DNA of 64,000 nucleotides from Octopus sinensis. Its lineage: Eukaryota. Numbering within the stretch: position 1 is the first letter of the stretch; each line of letters begins with the position of its first letter. Positions 51,796-64,000 of this stretch are shown in pieces. The stretch spans positions 73,408,001 to 73,472,000 of the forward strand of contig NC_043004.1 of the NCBI RefSeq assembly GCF_006345805.1. Reading direction: 5' to 3'. Under the pieces are notes generated by a model. That model was not told the origin of the DNA and searched no databases. It worked only from the letters and a program-made list of their open reading frames with translations. The position numbers were made by a program, and so were the translations under genes.

Positions 51796-53146
51796 TAAGA
51801 TTGACAATCTTATTTTTAATGAAATCCTAATATTTTTAATGAACTTAATAATATTTTCTCAAGATTTTTCCTTGTAAACTGTTTTTAACATTTTCTTCTT
51901 ATTATTATCAAAGAATGTATAACTGTATTTTAATACTTTTGTAACAACCAGTACTTAACACAACAAAGCTTTTACAAAGCTTTTTCATTTTACTTTTGAC
52001 AATCTTTTTCTAAAATTGTGAAACCGGTCAGGTGAATAAACATCTTTTAAATTTGCATTTTCAAACCTTCTTTCATATATATTTCCACTCGTGCGGTACC
52101 TCACAACTTAACTTTGTTATATATATATATATATATCCCTACAAACAAACAAAAGGTGGTTAGAATCCTTTTCTGCTCAATCAAAGTTGGTATTTAATTA
52201 AAGAACAACAAAAACAGCATAGCAATATGATAGATGTGACAAACATATTGATTTCTTATATAAGGAGAACAGCAGGCACTTGCCTGTGGAGAAGAACAAT
52301 CGACTATATCGACCTCAGTACTGAACTGATTCTTTATTTTATCGACTCGGAAGGATGAGGGCATCTCAGTGGAATTTGAACTCAGAGTGCAAAGTCTCAA
52401 AATATCATCCCACGTCCTTTATGCAAAGTAGGGCCTTCTTTAAGCTTTTATGCTCTAAGAACTTTTTCCTGAATATTCACTGCAGAAAATGGGGTGCATC
52501 CAATACGCCTGTACGTCTTCTATGCGGTAGATATACGGTAGATCACTTAAGTAAGTCGTAGATAGAAATAAGGTCGATAGGATCAGCTAAAACCTGTGAA
52601 TATGATGCTCTAGCATGGTCGCAATTCAAGAAATGAAAGCAGTAAAAGAATTTAAGCAAATAGTAAGAGGAGGAAGAATTCTTGCTATTATTGGGGTAAA
52701 ATACCACATTTTTAGACGCAAAGTATTGCCATTTGAATCAGCATGTATTGGTTTCGCTTCCAGGATGGGAAGTAAAAATGAGCCATGCACGATTTGAACC
52801 TAAGAACGTGGAAGGAAGGAACTAAATTATTCTATGTATTTTGTTCATTATTCCATGATTCCTGCCATTCCATCTCATCTAGATTTTCTATAAGAACGGG
52901 CGTTTCAAGACTTGGAGCCAGATACTTGCGGGAGGGGAAGAATGGGAGGTGGAACAGGGAGAAGTGGAATTCAGGGTACAAGAACACGTTTGTTTGTGTA
53001 AGTTGTGAGAAAGCGAGAGATATGTATATATACGCAAATCTATACATACATACATACATACATACATACATACATACATACATGCAAACACACACATATA
53101 TACATATATATATGCGTATACATATATATATATATATAATATTAAG

Positions 53147-53177
<31 letters not shown>

Positions 53178-54427
53178 CATATGTATATATGCACACAAAC
53201 ACATTTATATTTACATACATATACATTTATATAAACGCAAATGCACACACACGCGCGCGTACACACACACATACACACACATATACATGTATGCACGTAT
53301 CGAGAAAGTGAGCAATCTGGGGAGTCTCCCACCCAACCCCCTACCCATGATTCCAGTATTTGACAAAGGACATTGTGTGTGTTATGATTGATCTGTCCCC
53401 ACAGCTTGACAGACATAGATCTTTGTCTCGTGTTGATCCTGCATTTAATGTTTTTTTTTTGTTTATTTCATTATTCTAGTTTATTTGTTATGTTATTTCT
53501 TCTTCTTTATGGGTTTCAGGGAAACTATTGTTGTTATTTATCGCAGTCGTTATGGATACCTCGCAACACCCCAACTCCATCAACACTACTATCTCCGTCA
53601 CCACCATTGTCATATCTACACTGTCATATACCACCATCATTGAAAACACTGCTGCATTCACTGCTACGGCACTGCTGCCACTACCACGATCATTACATCC
53701 CCATCGTCGCTATCAAAACATTTATAACAACAACAGTCGTAAAACTAACTACAGCAACAACAATAATAACATAAACAAGAATAAGAATATAAGAAGCCAA
53801 AACTCCCGCCATCAGAGTCGGCAACATGAACAAGACTCCCAAGGGAGATTATTCATGGTTTGAACGCTCTGCAGGTAACAGCCGCAACATCTTTTATAAA
53901 TTGAATACAGCAGACTTAAAAATTAAAAGGGTTTGTATAGTATTTCAAAAGAATAAAGCATGGATTTGTTATGACTGGAGGTACTTAGATCGTACACCTG
54001 CTCAATCAGATTCGACCTGGTGTTAAACAACAACGACAAATAGGACAAAGCCCAAAACAAACAAACAACACTAACGTAATTATCACCATCACCACCTCAA
54101 CCACTAACAATTTTTAGGTGGTTGAGGTGATGGTGGGAAGGTTGCTTCGACGTGGTTTGACGTCTTGCTAGAAGAAGTAACCCAATTTACCACAAATTAC
54201 ATCATACATTCTTAAAAACAAGGGGTCGACATATTGACCAGTATAGTCCTAGATACATGGGTGTCCCCTTACGGATAGGAAATATAAGAGAGATAATCAT
54301 TTCTTCATAATATATGGTAGGATTTGAAAATCTGAATGCGAAATTAAGGAATTAAGAAGAACATGAATAGAATACACATATTTATTTATTTATTTATTTA
54401 TTTATCTTTTGTTGCTTAGTTATTATC

Positions 54428-54787
54428 TTATACTGCTTACAGTCATTGGACTTCGTCCATGCTGGAGCATTGTCTCGAAGGGTTTAGTCGAACAACTTGA
54501 CCCAGTACTTATTTTTTTATAGCCTTGTACTTATTCTGTCGGTCTCAGTCACCGAGCCGCTAAGTTACGGAGGGATGACACACTAACACTGATTGTCAAG
54601 TGATAATAGGAAGACAAAGACAACACAAAGACAAGGCAAGCTTCTTTCAGTTTCCGTCCACCAAATCCTCTCACAAGGCTTTATTTGGTCTCGGGCTATA
54701 GTAAAAGACACTTGTTCAAGGTGCCATGTAGTGAGATTGAAACCAGAACCATGTAGTTAGGAAGCAAACTCCTTGCCACATAGCCTC
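54428..54787 (-). mobile_element. SINE family B, diverged
   Basis: Tail and head recognisable in reverse complement. Confidence 0.78.
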
Positions 54788-55390
54788 ATAAAAAGAAACA
54801 AAACAAAACAAAAACGGGTTGGTCATGGCTAGAACGCTGAATCAGGTTTGACTTGTGGGCTAAACAAGAGTAACAACATAAACAATAATTCGACCAGTGG
54901 TAGTGCATCCATCAACAACAATAACTCACCCCACTACCACCACCACCACCACCACCATCACCACTACCACCACCACCACCACCACTAACAACAACAACAA
55001 CAACAACAACACTGCAACAACTACGGCCACCATTACCGTCACACGCTATTTTCTACCACCGTTATCAATAACAATACCGCCATTACAACAATCAACGCCT
55101 CCATTCAGCAATCTGTCCAACATCCATTCATCAGCGACACACACAGCGCTAGTAATGTAACTACTCCTTCAGAGGAACCCCACAACTAATATACGTATTA
55201 AATATCTGCTAATGATACCCAACAAAACATTTTTCAGTGACAGCACCACCGACACAGAGCAATGAATACATATTCCAACACACACACATCCGCACTAACG
55301 GATATGTACATACACACATACACACGCGCGTGCGCACATACACACAAACGCATACATGTATAGAGACGGACATACACACATACATACATG

Positions 55391-55930
55391 TAAACACAAC
55401 ATACCTGATATAATGATTTGTGATAGAGAAAAGAAACTGTGTACAGTTGTGGAAATTAGTTGCCCAGCAGATGTTAACGCAAAGCTGAAGATCAGTGAAA
55501 AAGAGAACACTTATGCTGAACTATTGAGAAATCTGCAGTTACTCTATCCAGATTACAAGTTCAGGTTTATGACTGTAATTATTGGGGACCTGGGATGTGT
55601 AACAGCCTAAATACCAATCTTGAGAAATTAGGCTTCTCAAAACCAGAAAGGAGAAAGCTAATTCGGAGACTACAGATCCAATCTATCTGTGGAACTGTAA
55701 AAATCTGTTAAACTTTCCAGGAGTTTATCATTTAAATATGTATGAGCATGTCTAGATATGTAGCTATATGCATGAGGATACATACATAAAACAAAACATA
55801 CGAATGTGCACAGGCATACAAATGAAAGAATATTTTACTGTTGATGTTGAAATTCCAATGTAAGAGCCTTGGATCTAGATTAGAAACCGGCTCTTTCACG
55901 ACTGGCAAGAAATCTTGAAATAAAACTGAA
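55391..55930 (+). mobile_element. 5'-truncated R4/Dong-like LINE (RLE domain plus 3' UTR)
   Basis: KHNIPDIMICDREKKLCTVVEISCPADVNAKLKISEKENTYAELLRNLQLLYPDYKFRFMTVIIGDLG shows the PD..(D/E)xK-type restriction-like endonuclease pattern (HNxPDI, VEIS.P, K.xEK...Y). A frameshift, a stop and a UTR ending aataaaactgaa follow. Confidence 0.88.
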
Positions 55931-55982
55931 CAATGGCATATATGCATACATATATACAAATTGATAGATAAATAGATAGACA

Positions 55983-56059
<77 letters not shown>

Positions 56060-56065
56060 GGAGAA

Positions 56066-56275
56066 AGGCAGAAAGCTGGCAGATATGTTAGCACGACGTT
56101 AAAATGCTTAGCGGTATTTCGTTTGTCTTGTTCTGAGTTCAAATTCCGCCGGAGTCGACATTGCCTTTCATCCTTTCGGGGTCGATAAATTAAGTACCAG
56201 TTGCCTACTGAAGTCGATCTAATCGACTGTCCCCACTCCCACAAAATTTCGGGTTTTGTGTCTAGAGCAGAAAGT
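56066..56275 (+). mobile_element. SINE family A
   Basis: Family signature. Confidence 0.85.
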
Positions 56276-56490
56276 ATATATATATAGGGAGATTTCAAGA
56301 AAAAAAAAAAAATAAGACGAAGACAGGTGGTGTAGAAAACAAACAGATGTATTAGTATAACGCTCAGGAATTGAAAAAGTTTTTAACGTTTCGAGCCTAC
56401 GCTCTTCTACAGAAAGAAACAAGGAGAGAAAAAAATGTGTGTAGTGGCTACCGATCTATCATGGCGAATGCCGGACAGAATGATCACACA

Positions 56491-56537
<47 letters not shown>

Positions 56538-56791
56538 GAGAGAGAGAGAGAGAGAGAGAATGAGGGACGGCAGGTAGGGGAAGGGAAGACAGACAGTGTG
56601 AAGAGAGAGACGGTGAGTTGGCAGAGTGATTAGAGCGTCTGCTGAATTGCATTGCAGCCAGAATTCTATCCCATGATGCTTTTCGTTCCAATTAGGCTGT
56701 GACCAGCTTTGCTTTTCAGCCGTCTGAAGTCAATGTGTGTGTGTGTGCGTGTGTTGAGTGAGTGAGTGTGTGTGTGTGTGTATGTGTGTGT

Positions 56792-56829
<38 letters not shown>

Positions 56830-56999
56830 TGTAAAATCATATATACTACGGTCAAAGTTCGAATGCCCAAACGTCCCGTTTCATTATTATCAACAATTTA
56901 GAGGAACAACAATTATCTCCCTTGCCAACAACTATTTGAAATGAAATACTCACTGAAACCGTTTCATGTAATAATGAATATACGCATGCGCACACACAC

Positions 57000-57049
<50 letters not shown>

Positions 57050-57059
57050 ACACAGAATG

Positions 57060-57327
57060 ATAGACAGATAGGTAGGTAGGTAGATAGATTTATAGATTGG
57101 GAGATAGAAAGATGGTGAGAAAGATGGATAGATAGTTAATTAGATAGAGAGAGAGAGAGAGGGATGAATAGATAGAGCGATAGAGAGAGACAGACAGACA
57201 GACAGATCGATAGATCGATAGATAGATTTATAGATTGATAGATAGAGGGAGGATGAGATAGAAGGATAGTTAATTAGATGGAGAGAAGGATGAATAGATA
57301 GATAGACAGAGAGACAGTCAGACAGAC

Positions 57328-57415
<88 letters not shown>
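57060..57415. repeat. Degenerate then perfect (GATA)n array
   Basis: Directly visible; perfect from about 57325. Confidence 0.95.
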
Positions 57416-57912
57416 GTTTCTAGAATATGGAAGCGATTTTCAATGGGCGCTAGAATAGAGATAATGAGTGTACCGTGTCTCTAATAGCGGTACACATGAC
57501 TGTAACCAATCCATTAAACTCATAGAAATAAATATTTATCATATTATACTAAATCCGAAAATTCTTGCCACTCGTGTTCTTGGCACAGTTTTAGTATTTA
57601 TTAAGTGATGCAGGTATAATCGCTATCGCTGTATTTATTTCTCCATATTCCTCCTAAGACTACAAGAATGAATGAAGAATAATTTCAAGGAGCCATAAAA
57701 TTCGTGTACATATAACCAAGAACTAATTGTAAATTCAATCCAACAGACCATACTGGTGTCACTGATTTTCTATTATTGTGACCCTGAATGAAATTAAAGA
57801 TGGTAGTGTGTGTGCAAAGCTAAATTTATGGCCTCAGGAATTACTACAGAACCACAGAAATAAATATCGAAATAACTTATGAAATTCAGAAGAGAATTTG
57901 TCTCTTGTATAT

Positions 57913-58215
57913 AGGCATAGGTTTATGCCAACAATATGGCGTAGTGGTTAAGAGCGCGGACTACTAACCCCAAGATTCCGAGTTCGATTCCAAGCAGTGA
58001 CCTGAATAACAATAATAATAATAATAATAACAACAACATCGAAAAATACCTTAGGAATGAGAACCCAGGATCGCAATTTTCCCAAGATGCCTGATGAAGG
58101 CTGGAGTGTATATCAGCCGAAACGTTGTGTTAACAACAAACAAGATGAGGACAAATATCCGTCAAATGTAAATAATGTACATAATTCCTCGTCTCTTAAA
58201 TATAGAACTGTATTA
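57913..58215 (+). mobile_element. tRNA-headed SINE-like element with an internal (AAT)n tract and a hammerhead-containing 3' half
   Basis: A box tggcgtagtgg (57937-57947) and B box gagttcgattcc (57980-57991), then (AAT)n, then about 175 nt containing the hammerhead core. It ends at gaactgtattattatt. Confidence 0.7.
58086..58131 (+). ncRNA. Candidate minimal type I hammerhead ribozyme (Penelope-like-element style)
   Basis: CUGAUGA at 58091-58097, an extra A, stem II GGCUG/CAGCC (58099-58103/58114-58118), GAAA at 58119-58122. A palindromic ACGU stem III gives cleavage triplet GUU. Stem I is GAUGC/GUGUU (2 Watson-Crick plus 3 GU pairs). Confidence 0.7.
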
Positions 58216-58994
58216 TTATTATTATTAATAACGCACACATACACACACACACATACACACACATACATGCACACACACACGCACACACACACACACACAC
58301 GCACAAACGCGTGTGATTTTTTCGGCACTTTAAAGTAACGAAGACTTTATGTCGACTGAATATATATTAATCACGTCTTTACGTAGACAATTTAGAAGAA
58401 AAAAATGTAAAATGAAACGTAAGGAAGAGGGAAAGACAGAGAGAGAGCGATAAAAATGATCGGAAAACCAAGGATAACAACATAAAATTTCCTCGTAAGG
58501 ATTTCTAGATGTTGATGTTTCCAAAAGGGCCAGCTTAACCGAGTTAAATGTTCAAACATTATCGGCAACAGTTTATTAGAATTATTCCTTCAAATCCCTG
58601 CAAATATGAGACGTTATTCATATTATTTGGCAAATCTTTTTAGTGAGGCTTTTTGGTAAGAAACCGTTCTATGGATTCCGAAATCCATTTCCGAGAGATG
58701 TACAAAGCCGATTATAGGTAACTACATAAAGGAGCATAAGCATTACAGGGGCTATATGCATGCATGTTGCATGTACGTGTGTGTGTGTGTGTGTGTGTGA
58801 ATACATTGAGTAGTTCAATAGATTTCGTTAATTAAAAGTTCACAGAGTACAAATCGCAAGTTCTAAACGAAATGGCTGCTGTTCAGTTCTTATTTATGCC
58901 GTGGTAATCTCTATGGATTAATCTGAGATAAAGATTTTTTCTTCAAATTTTGTCCCCATCCTCCTTATTTATTTACCTATTTATTTACTTATAA

Positions 58995-59055
<61 letters not shown>

Positions 59056-59614
59056 AAGTTTTATTTAGACAAAGACGTGTTTTACAACTCTCTTGTCTTT
59101 GTATTGCTTTATTTGTAGGCTTTCGAAAACTGAATGATATTCTCTGTTAATTTGATTAGGGTATTTCAAAGAAATACTCGGGTCGAGCAGTTTATTGTTG
59201 ATTTTCCTCCATATTTCGTGCAGAAAAAAGATGAGATTTTTAAATATTTTTTTTCGTGGACATTAATCACAAAATACGAGTGAACAGCACTCGGTCAAAC
59301 AAAATCTCTGAGAACCACACTGAATAAGAAAGCTGACGACATGGACAAAATTATCGCAAGCCAGAGCTCGTGCAAGTTGAAAAAGACATTTTGCTTATGT
59401 GTGTTTTCATACGAATGAGAGGGAATTTGATGGTTCGCTTACCAAGAAAAACTACAGTAGCAAAACAATACCCGGCTTCGAACACATAAGTTTGCATGCG
59501 CCACATACAACAAAAGATTCTGCGGTGTGTCACAAGGAAGAAACGAAAAGTCATTAATATAAAGACTATACTGGAACAGTTGTATCTTCAGTATAACACA
59601 TGTACAAGGCGGTG

Positions 59615-59940
59615 AGTGGAGGCACATGGCCTAGTGGTTAGAGCAGCGGACTCGCAGTCGAGGGATCGCGAGTTCGAATCTCAGAGCCAGGCGTGGCTCG
59701 AGAAGGAACAAACAACAACAAGGCGGTGAGATGGCAGGAACGTTAGCCCGCTGGGCGAAATGCTTAGCGATATTTCGACTGTCTTTACGTTCTGAGTTCA
59801 AATTCCGCCGAAGTCGACTTTTGCCTTTCATCTTTTCGGGGTCGAAGGAATTAAGTACCAGTTGCGTAGTGAGGTCAATCTAATCGACTGGCTTCTTCCC
59901 CAAAAATTTCGGACCTTGTGCCTAGAGCAGAAAAGAATGT
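59615..59940 (+). mobile_element. SINE family D head (59615-59700) followed by SINE family A (59722-59940)
   Basis: tggcctagtggttagagcagcggactcgc...gagttcgaatctc, then aaggcggtgagatggcagg. Confidence 0.82.
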
Positions 59941-60145
59941 AACACATATACACACACTCACATATGCACAGACAAACACATTCACAACATATTACTAACA
60001 ACCTGTCGAATGCTATGAGGAATTCATATCACATCGATGTGCCTCTTGGAGACAAAGATATTGCTGGGGATGAGAAAGCGAGCCTTTATCACAATGTTAA
60101 ACGTCTCCGCCAGCGGTTTAGTCGCGATTATAAACCTTCCCAAAA

Positions 60146-60540
60146 CTGCGAGCTGGCAGAAACTTTAGCACGCCAGGCGAAATGCTTAGCGGTATTTCGT
60201 CTGCCGTTACGTTCTGAGTTCAAATTCTGCCAAGGTCGACTTTGCCTTTCATCCTTTCGGGATCGATTAAATAAGTACCAGTTACACACTGGGGTCGATA
60301 TAATCGACCTAATCCGTTTGTCTGTCCTTGTTTGTCCCCTCTGTGTGTAGCCCCTTGTGGGCAGTAAAGAAATAGGTATTTCGTCTGCCGCTACGTTCTG
60401 AGTTCAAATTCCGCCGAGGTCGATTTTTACCTTTCATCGCTTCGGGGTCGATAAATTAAATACCAGTTGAGTTCTGCGATCGATCTAGTCGACTATCCCC
60501 TCCTCCAAATTTCAGGCCTTTTGCCTATAATAGAAAAGAT
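60146..60540 (+). mobile_element. Dimeric SINE family A
   Basis: Junction aaagaaataggtatttcgtctg at 60366-60387. Confidence 0.88.
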
Positions 60541-60547
60541 TATAAAA

Positions 60548-60880
60548 CTACTCCGCAGCTGAAAGATTTCTATCCAAAGATCATGTTGAGTATATGGTGG
60601 AATATGCAAGCTGTTCAATGTGGACTATTAAGCAGCAATCGGACAACTATGGCTGAGATTTACAAGCAGCAACTACGGTGTTCGTAAACAGATTTGGAAA
60701 AAACAAAGCCGTCCTGAACGAACGGGAAAAGGGGCTCTTGTTCAACATGATATCTATACTGTACAGATAATCGAAAATGTATTAGAGGCACTCTATTGGA
60801 AAAAATTGTTTCACCCACCATATTGTTTCGAGAGTCATTTTCTTTCAGGGTTTTAAAAACACTTGAGGTGGGCTTCAAGA
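60548..60880 (+). pseudogene. Mariner (Tc1/mariner) transposase relic, catalytic-domain region
   Basis: Broken frames give KIMLSIWWNMQAVQCGLL...TMAEIYKQQL, KGALVQHD and YWKKLFHPPY. These correspond to mariner K.MLSVWWD.KG..., .LLHDN and GWEVL.HPPYSPDL. Confidence 0.78.
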
Positions 60881-61306
60881 GAGAAGGTCACAAACGTGTA
60901 GGTCAAAGCTTTAGGAATTTTATAAACATGGCATCTAAAACTTTGTAGACAGATAAAGCAAGGCTGGAGATTATATTGATGACCGCAGAAGGAAGTAGTG
61001 AGAGGAAAGTGGTGAGAAAGAGAGGGTGGAAATTTGAGAAAGGGCGATGTGGAGACAGAGAGGAAGATAGTTGAGCGACGACCACGAAGTGAAGGAGGAG
61101 AAGGCGGTGGTGGTTCAGTATAAAGGAAGGAGAGGCGTTGGCGTTGGCCAAGTTAGTGACTGCAGCCGGAAAGTTGTCAACAGCAATATTCGCACTCACG
61201 CAGCAGTACACACATAATAACACCTACGGGTAATAGGTGCGTCGACACATATACATAAAAAAAGAGTACTTTTCTTCATTTTCTTGTTCTTAGTTGACCT
61301 CCCTTT

Positions 61307-61398
<92 letters not shown>

Positions 61399-61629
61399 AG
61401 CCACTAGATCACTACAGGCAAATATTTCTGTATTTCCGCCTAGGTTGTCTCAAATGACATTCGATACAAGAACAAGTCACCTTATCTACGTATGGGTATT
61501 CACTCACCTGAGAATCGGAAACACGTAAACCCAAGTAAACCGATTTGCGCTAACACAGCTTTGAATAAATGGTTTATATATTTTATATAGTAGACGATAT
61601 GTGTGTGTGTGTTCTTTTTCTTTTATTAT

Positions 61630-61895
61630 TTTTAATTGTTCTTAGTCATTTGACTGCGGCCATGCTGGAGTCATTTCTGTCATTTGATTGCGGTCATGCC
61701 TTTAGCCGAACAAATCGACCCCAAACTACCTCTTTGTAAGTTTAGTACTTATTCTATCAGTCGCTTTTGCCGAATCGTTAAGTTACGGGGATCAATACAG
61801 ACACACAAATAGACACACACACACACACATACATATATGCATATATATATATATATATACACATACATACATACATACATACATACATACATACA

Positions 61896-61931
<36 letters not shown>

Positions 61932-62114
61932 TATATATGTATATAACATATATATATATACGATGGGCTTCCATTTAATAAATCCACTCACAAAGCTTTG
62001 GTCGACCCGAGGCTATAGTAGAAGACACTTGCCCAAGGTGCCACGCAGTGTGACTGAACTTGGAACTATGTGGTTGGGAAGCAAGCTTCTTACCACACAG
62101 CCACTCCTGCGCCT
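61630..62114 (-). mobile_element. SINE family B, full length
   Basis: Tail, (CATA)n tract, core and head aggcgcaggagtggc in reverse complement. Confidence 0.88.
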
Positions 62115-62452
62115 GGCTCAGGATTAGTGCGTCGGGCTCACAATCATAAAGTAGTGAGTTCGATTCCCGGACCGAGCTGTGTGTTGTGTTCTTGAGAAAG
62201 ATGCTTTAATATACTTTGCCCTAGTTCACTCAGCTGCAGAAATGAGTTGCAATGTCACTGGTGCCAAGCTGTATCGGCCCCTTTACTTTTCCCTTCGATA
62301 ACACTGGTGGCGTGGAGAGGGGAGACCAATATGCATAGGCGACTGCTGGTCTTCTACAAACAGCCTTTCCCGGACTTATGTCTAAGAAAGGAACCCTTTA
62401 GGTGCAATCCCATGGTCATTTATGACCCAAGGGGGCTTTACCCCTTACCCTT
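62115..62452 (+). mobile_element. SINE family C
   Basis: Matches 29881-30180. Confidence 0.85.
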
Positions 62453-62462
62453 TATAGTGGAC

Positions 62463-62680
62463 AAGGCGGCGAGTTGGCAGAATCATTAGCACGCCAGGCA
62501 AAATGCTTAGCGATATTTCGTTTCTCCTTACGTTCTGAGTTTAAACTCCACCGAGGTCGACTTTGCCTTTCATTCTTTCGGGGGTTGATAAAATAAGTAG
62601 TAGTTGACCACCGAGGTCGATGTAATCAACTAGTTCCCTCTCCCGGAATTTCAGGCTTTGCGCCTATAGCAGAAAGTATA
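62463..62680 (+). mobile_element. SINE family A
   Basis: Family signature. Confidence 0.85.
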
Positions 62681-63398
62681 TTTTATATAGTGGAGAGCAG
62701 AGTGTGCAGAAAAATATGCATCTCAGTTGGAAGATTTAAAATATAAATCTTGTGATATTAGCTCCTCCCATGATATATTAAGTCTGTTCGAAGCTCTAGA
62801 TTTAATAGATCAAACGTACATCATTATCATATCTAGTAGAGACAGAGAAATAACAGCCAAATCTCCTTCAAATCAAAATCAACCGAATCTCCTTCAAAAC
62901 ATAAATTCTTTTGTAAAGACACACCGGATAAGGAGTCATAGCTACACAGTATCGAATAAAAGTCTCCTTTAAGGCTTCATTCTAGCAGCAATCGCCATAT
63001 TGCATGCGTTGGTACGTATTCTGGCCAGGTGTTGCACAATAAATGCACATATAAGGAGAAATGCTTGATAAACACTCAGTGTTTATGCTACTTAACATTT
63101 TTTCACACATCCCTAAATCCATAGACAACGGAACACACACAGCTGGACACGAAGACGTGCAATTACGGAAGAATAAAAACACAAAAAGTACACATATATA
63201 TACAACAACAGAATCAGACATATATACACAAACATACACACATATCTGCTTACATACGGGTATGTGTATATAATACTTCCACGCAGCGATAAATAGACAA
63301 ACAGCTATTACATTGCTATGCAAGCATAGTTTTTGCTAATGTATTTTAGGTGTATATACATATGTGTATATAGAAATACATACCACATGCATGCATAT

Positions 63399-63452
<54 letters not shown>

Positions 63453-63540
63453 TGTGTGTGTGTGTGTGTGCGTATGCGTACATCTTCATATACACACATA
63501 CATATGTATACATCTGTAAATATATGCTTATACATAGACT

Positions 63541-63571
<31 letters not shown>

Positions 63572-63830
63572 GCACCTACAGATGTGTGTGTGTGTGTGTG
63601 CGTGTGCAATTATTTGCGTCTTATATAAGTGGAGATTAAGTGCATGTTCGTGCATTTGACTGCAAATGTCAACAGAGGTCAGATGGTTCACTAGGGAGCT
63701 TTCGTAATTCGATCCCTCGTTATGTTAATCAATGCTCTTTAAAATATGCAAGTGCATGTCTACCTGCATGAGTCTCACACTCTTTCTCTTTCTTTCCTCC
63801 TTTCTCTCTCTCTCTCTATCTCTCTCTCTC

Positions 63831-63870
<40 letters not shown>

Positions 63871-64000
63871 GAGAAAGAGAGAGAAAGAAGCCTCGTCTAT
63901 CTCTCTCCTGTGCAAGTATCTTTCCCTTGTCCCTGTCGCTCTCCTCTCCGCCCGCCCTTAATTAATTTCCCTCTTTCCTCCACTCACATTACATGCCTGT

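Noticed and set aside
57937-58005. Functional tRNA gene (also the tRNA-like heads at 5940-6004, 29886-29945 and 59620-59695)
   Set aside because: A and B boxes are present, but I could not fold a complete acceptor stem or cloverleaf, and each runs into repeat body sequence. Treated as SINE heads; tRNAscan-SE would settle it.
60903-61223. 106-aa minus-strand ORF as an upstream netrin exon
   Set aside because: No LamNT or LE motif. It derives from a purine-rich plus-strand stretch with no clear splice sites.

Overview
The window is AT-rich, microsatellite-dense eukaryotic DNA. Its repeat families look like those of octopus (inferred from repeat style, not verified by a search). Only one host-gene exon is supportable: a 189-nt phase 1-1 exon on the minus strand (27668-27856) encoding the second laminin-EGF repeat (V-2) of a netrin-1/UNC-6-type protein. 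I found no other netrin exon, so the rest appears to be two very large introns (at least 27.6 kb and 36.1 kb). These contain several tRNA-derived SINE families and decayed RTE, R4/Dong-like, CRE-like and CR1-like LINE fragments. There is also a mariner transposase relic, a non-autonomous Helitron, a Helentron-type HINE, MITE/foldback elements and many simple repeats. Almost all ORFs in the supplied track are microsatellite or transposon translations. Four observations stand out. (1) A tRNA-headed element carries a minimal hammerhead ribozyme core (57913-58215). (2) Several hairpin insertions sit in TA-rich targets with an inverted duplication plus a one-sided tail; two share a terminus (5003-5429, 50206-50487) and a third has the same layout (20523-20850). 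(3) A 628-bp foldback element encloses telomeric TTAGGG repeats. (4) The netrin V-2 exon has a diverged UNC5-contact basic motif. Repeat coordinates are read by eye and may be off by about 10 nt unless exact boundaries are given.
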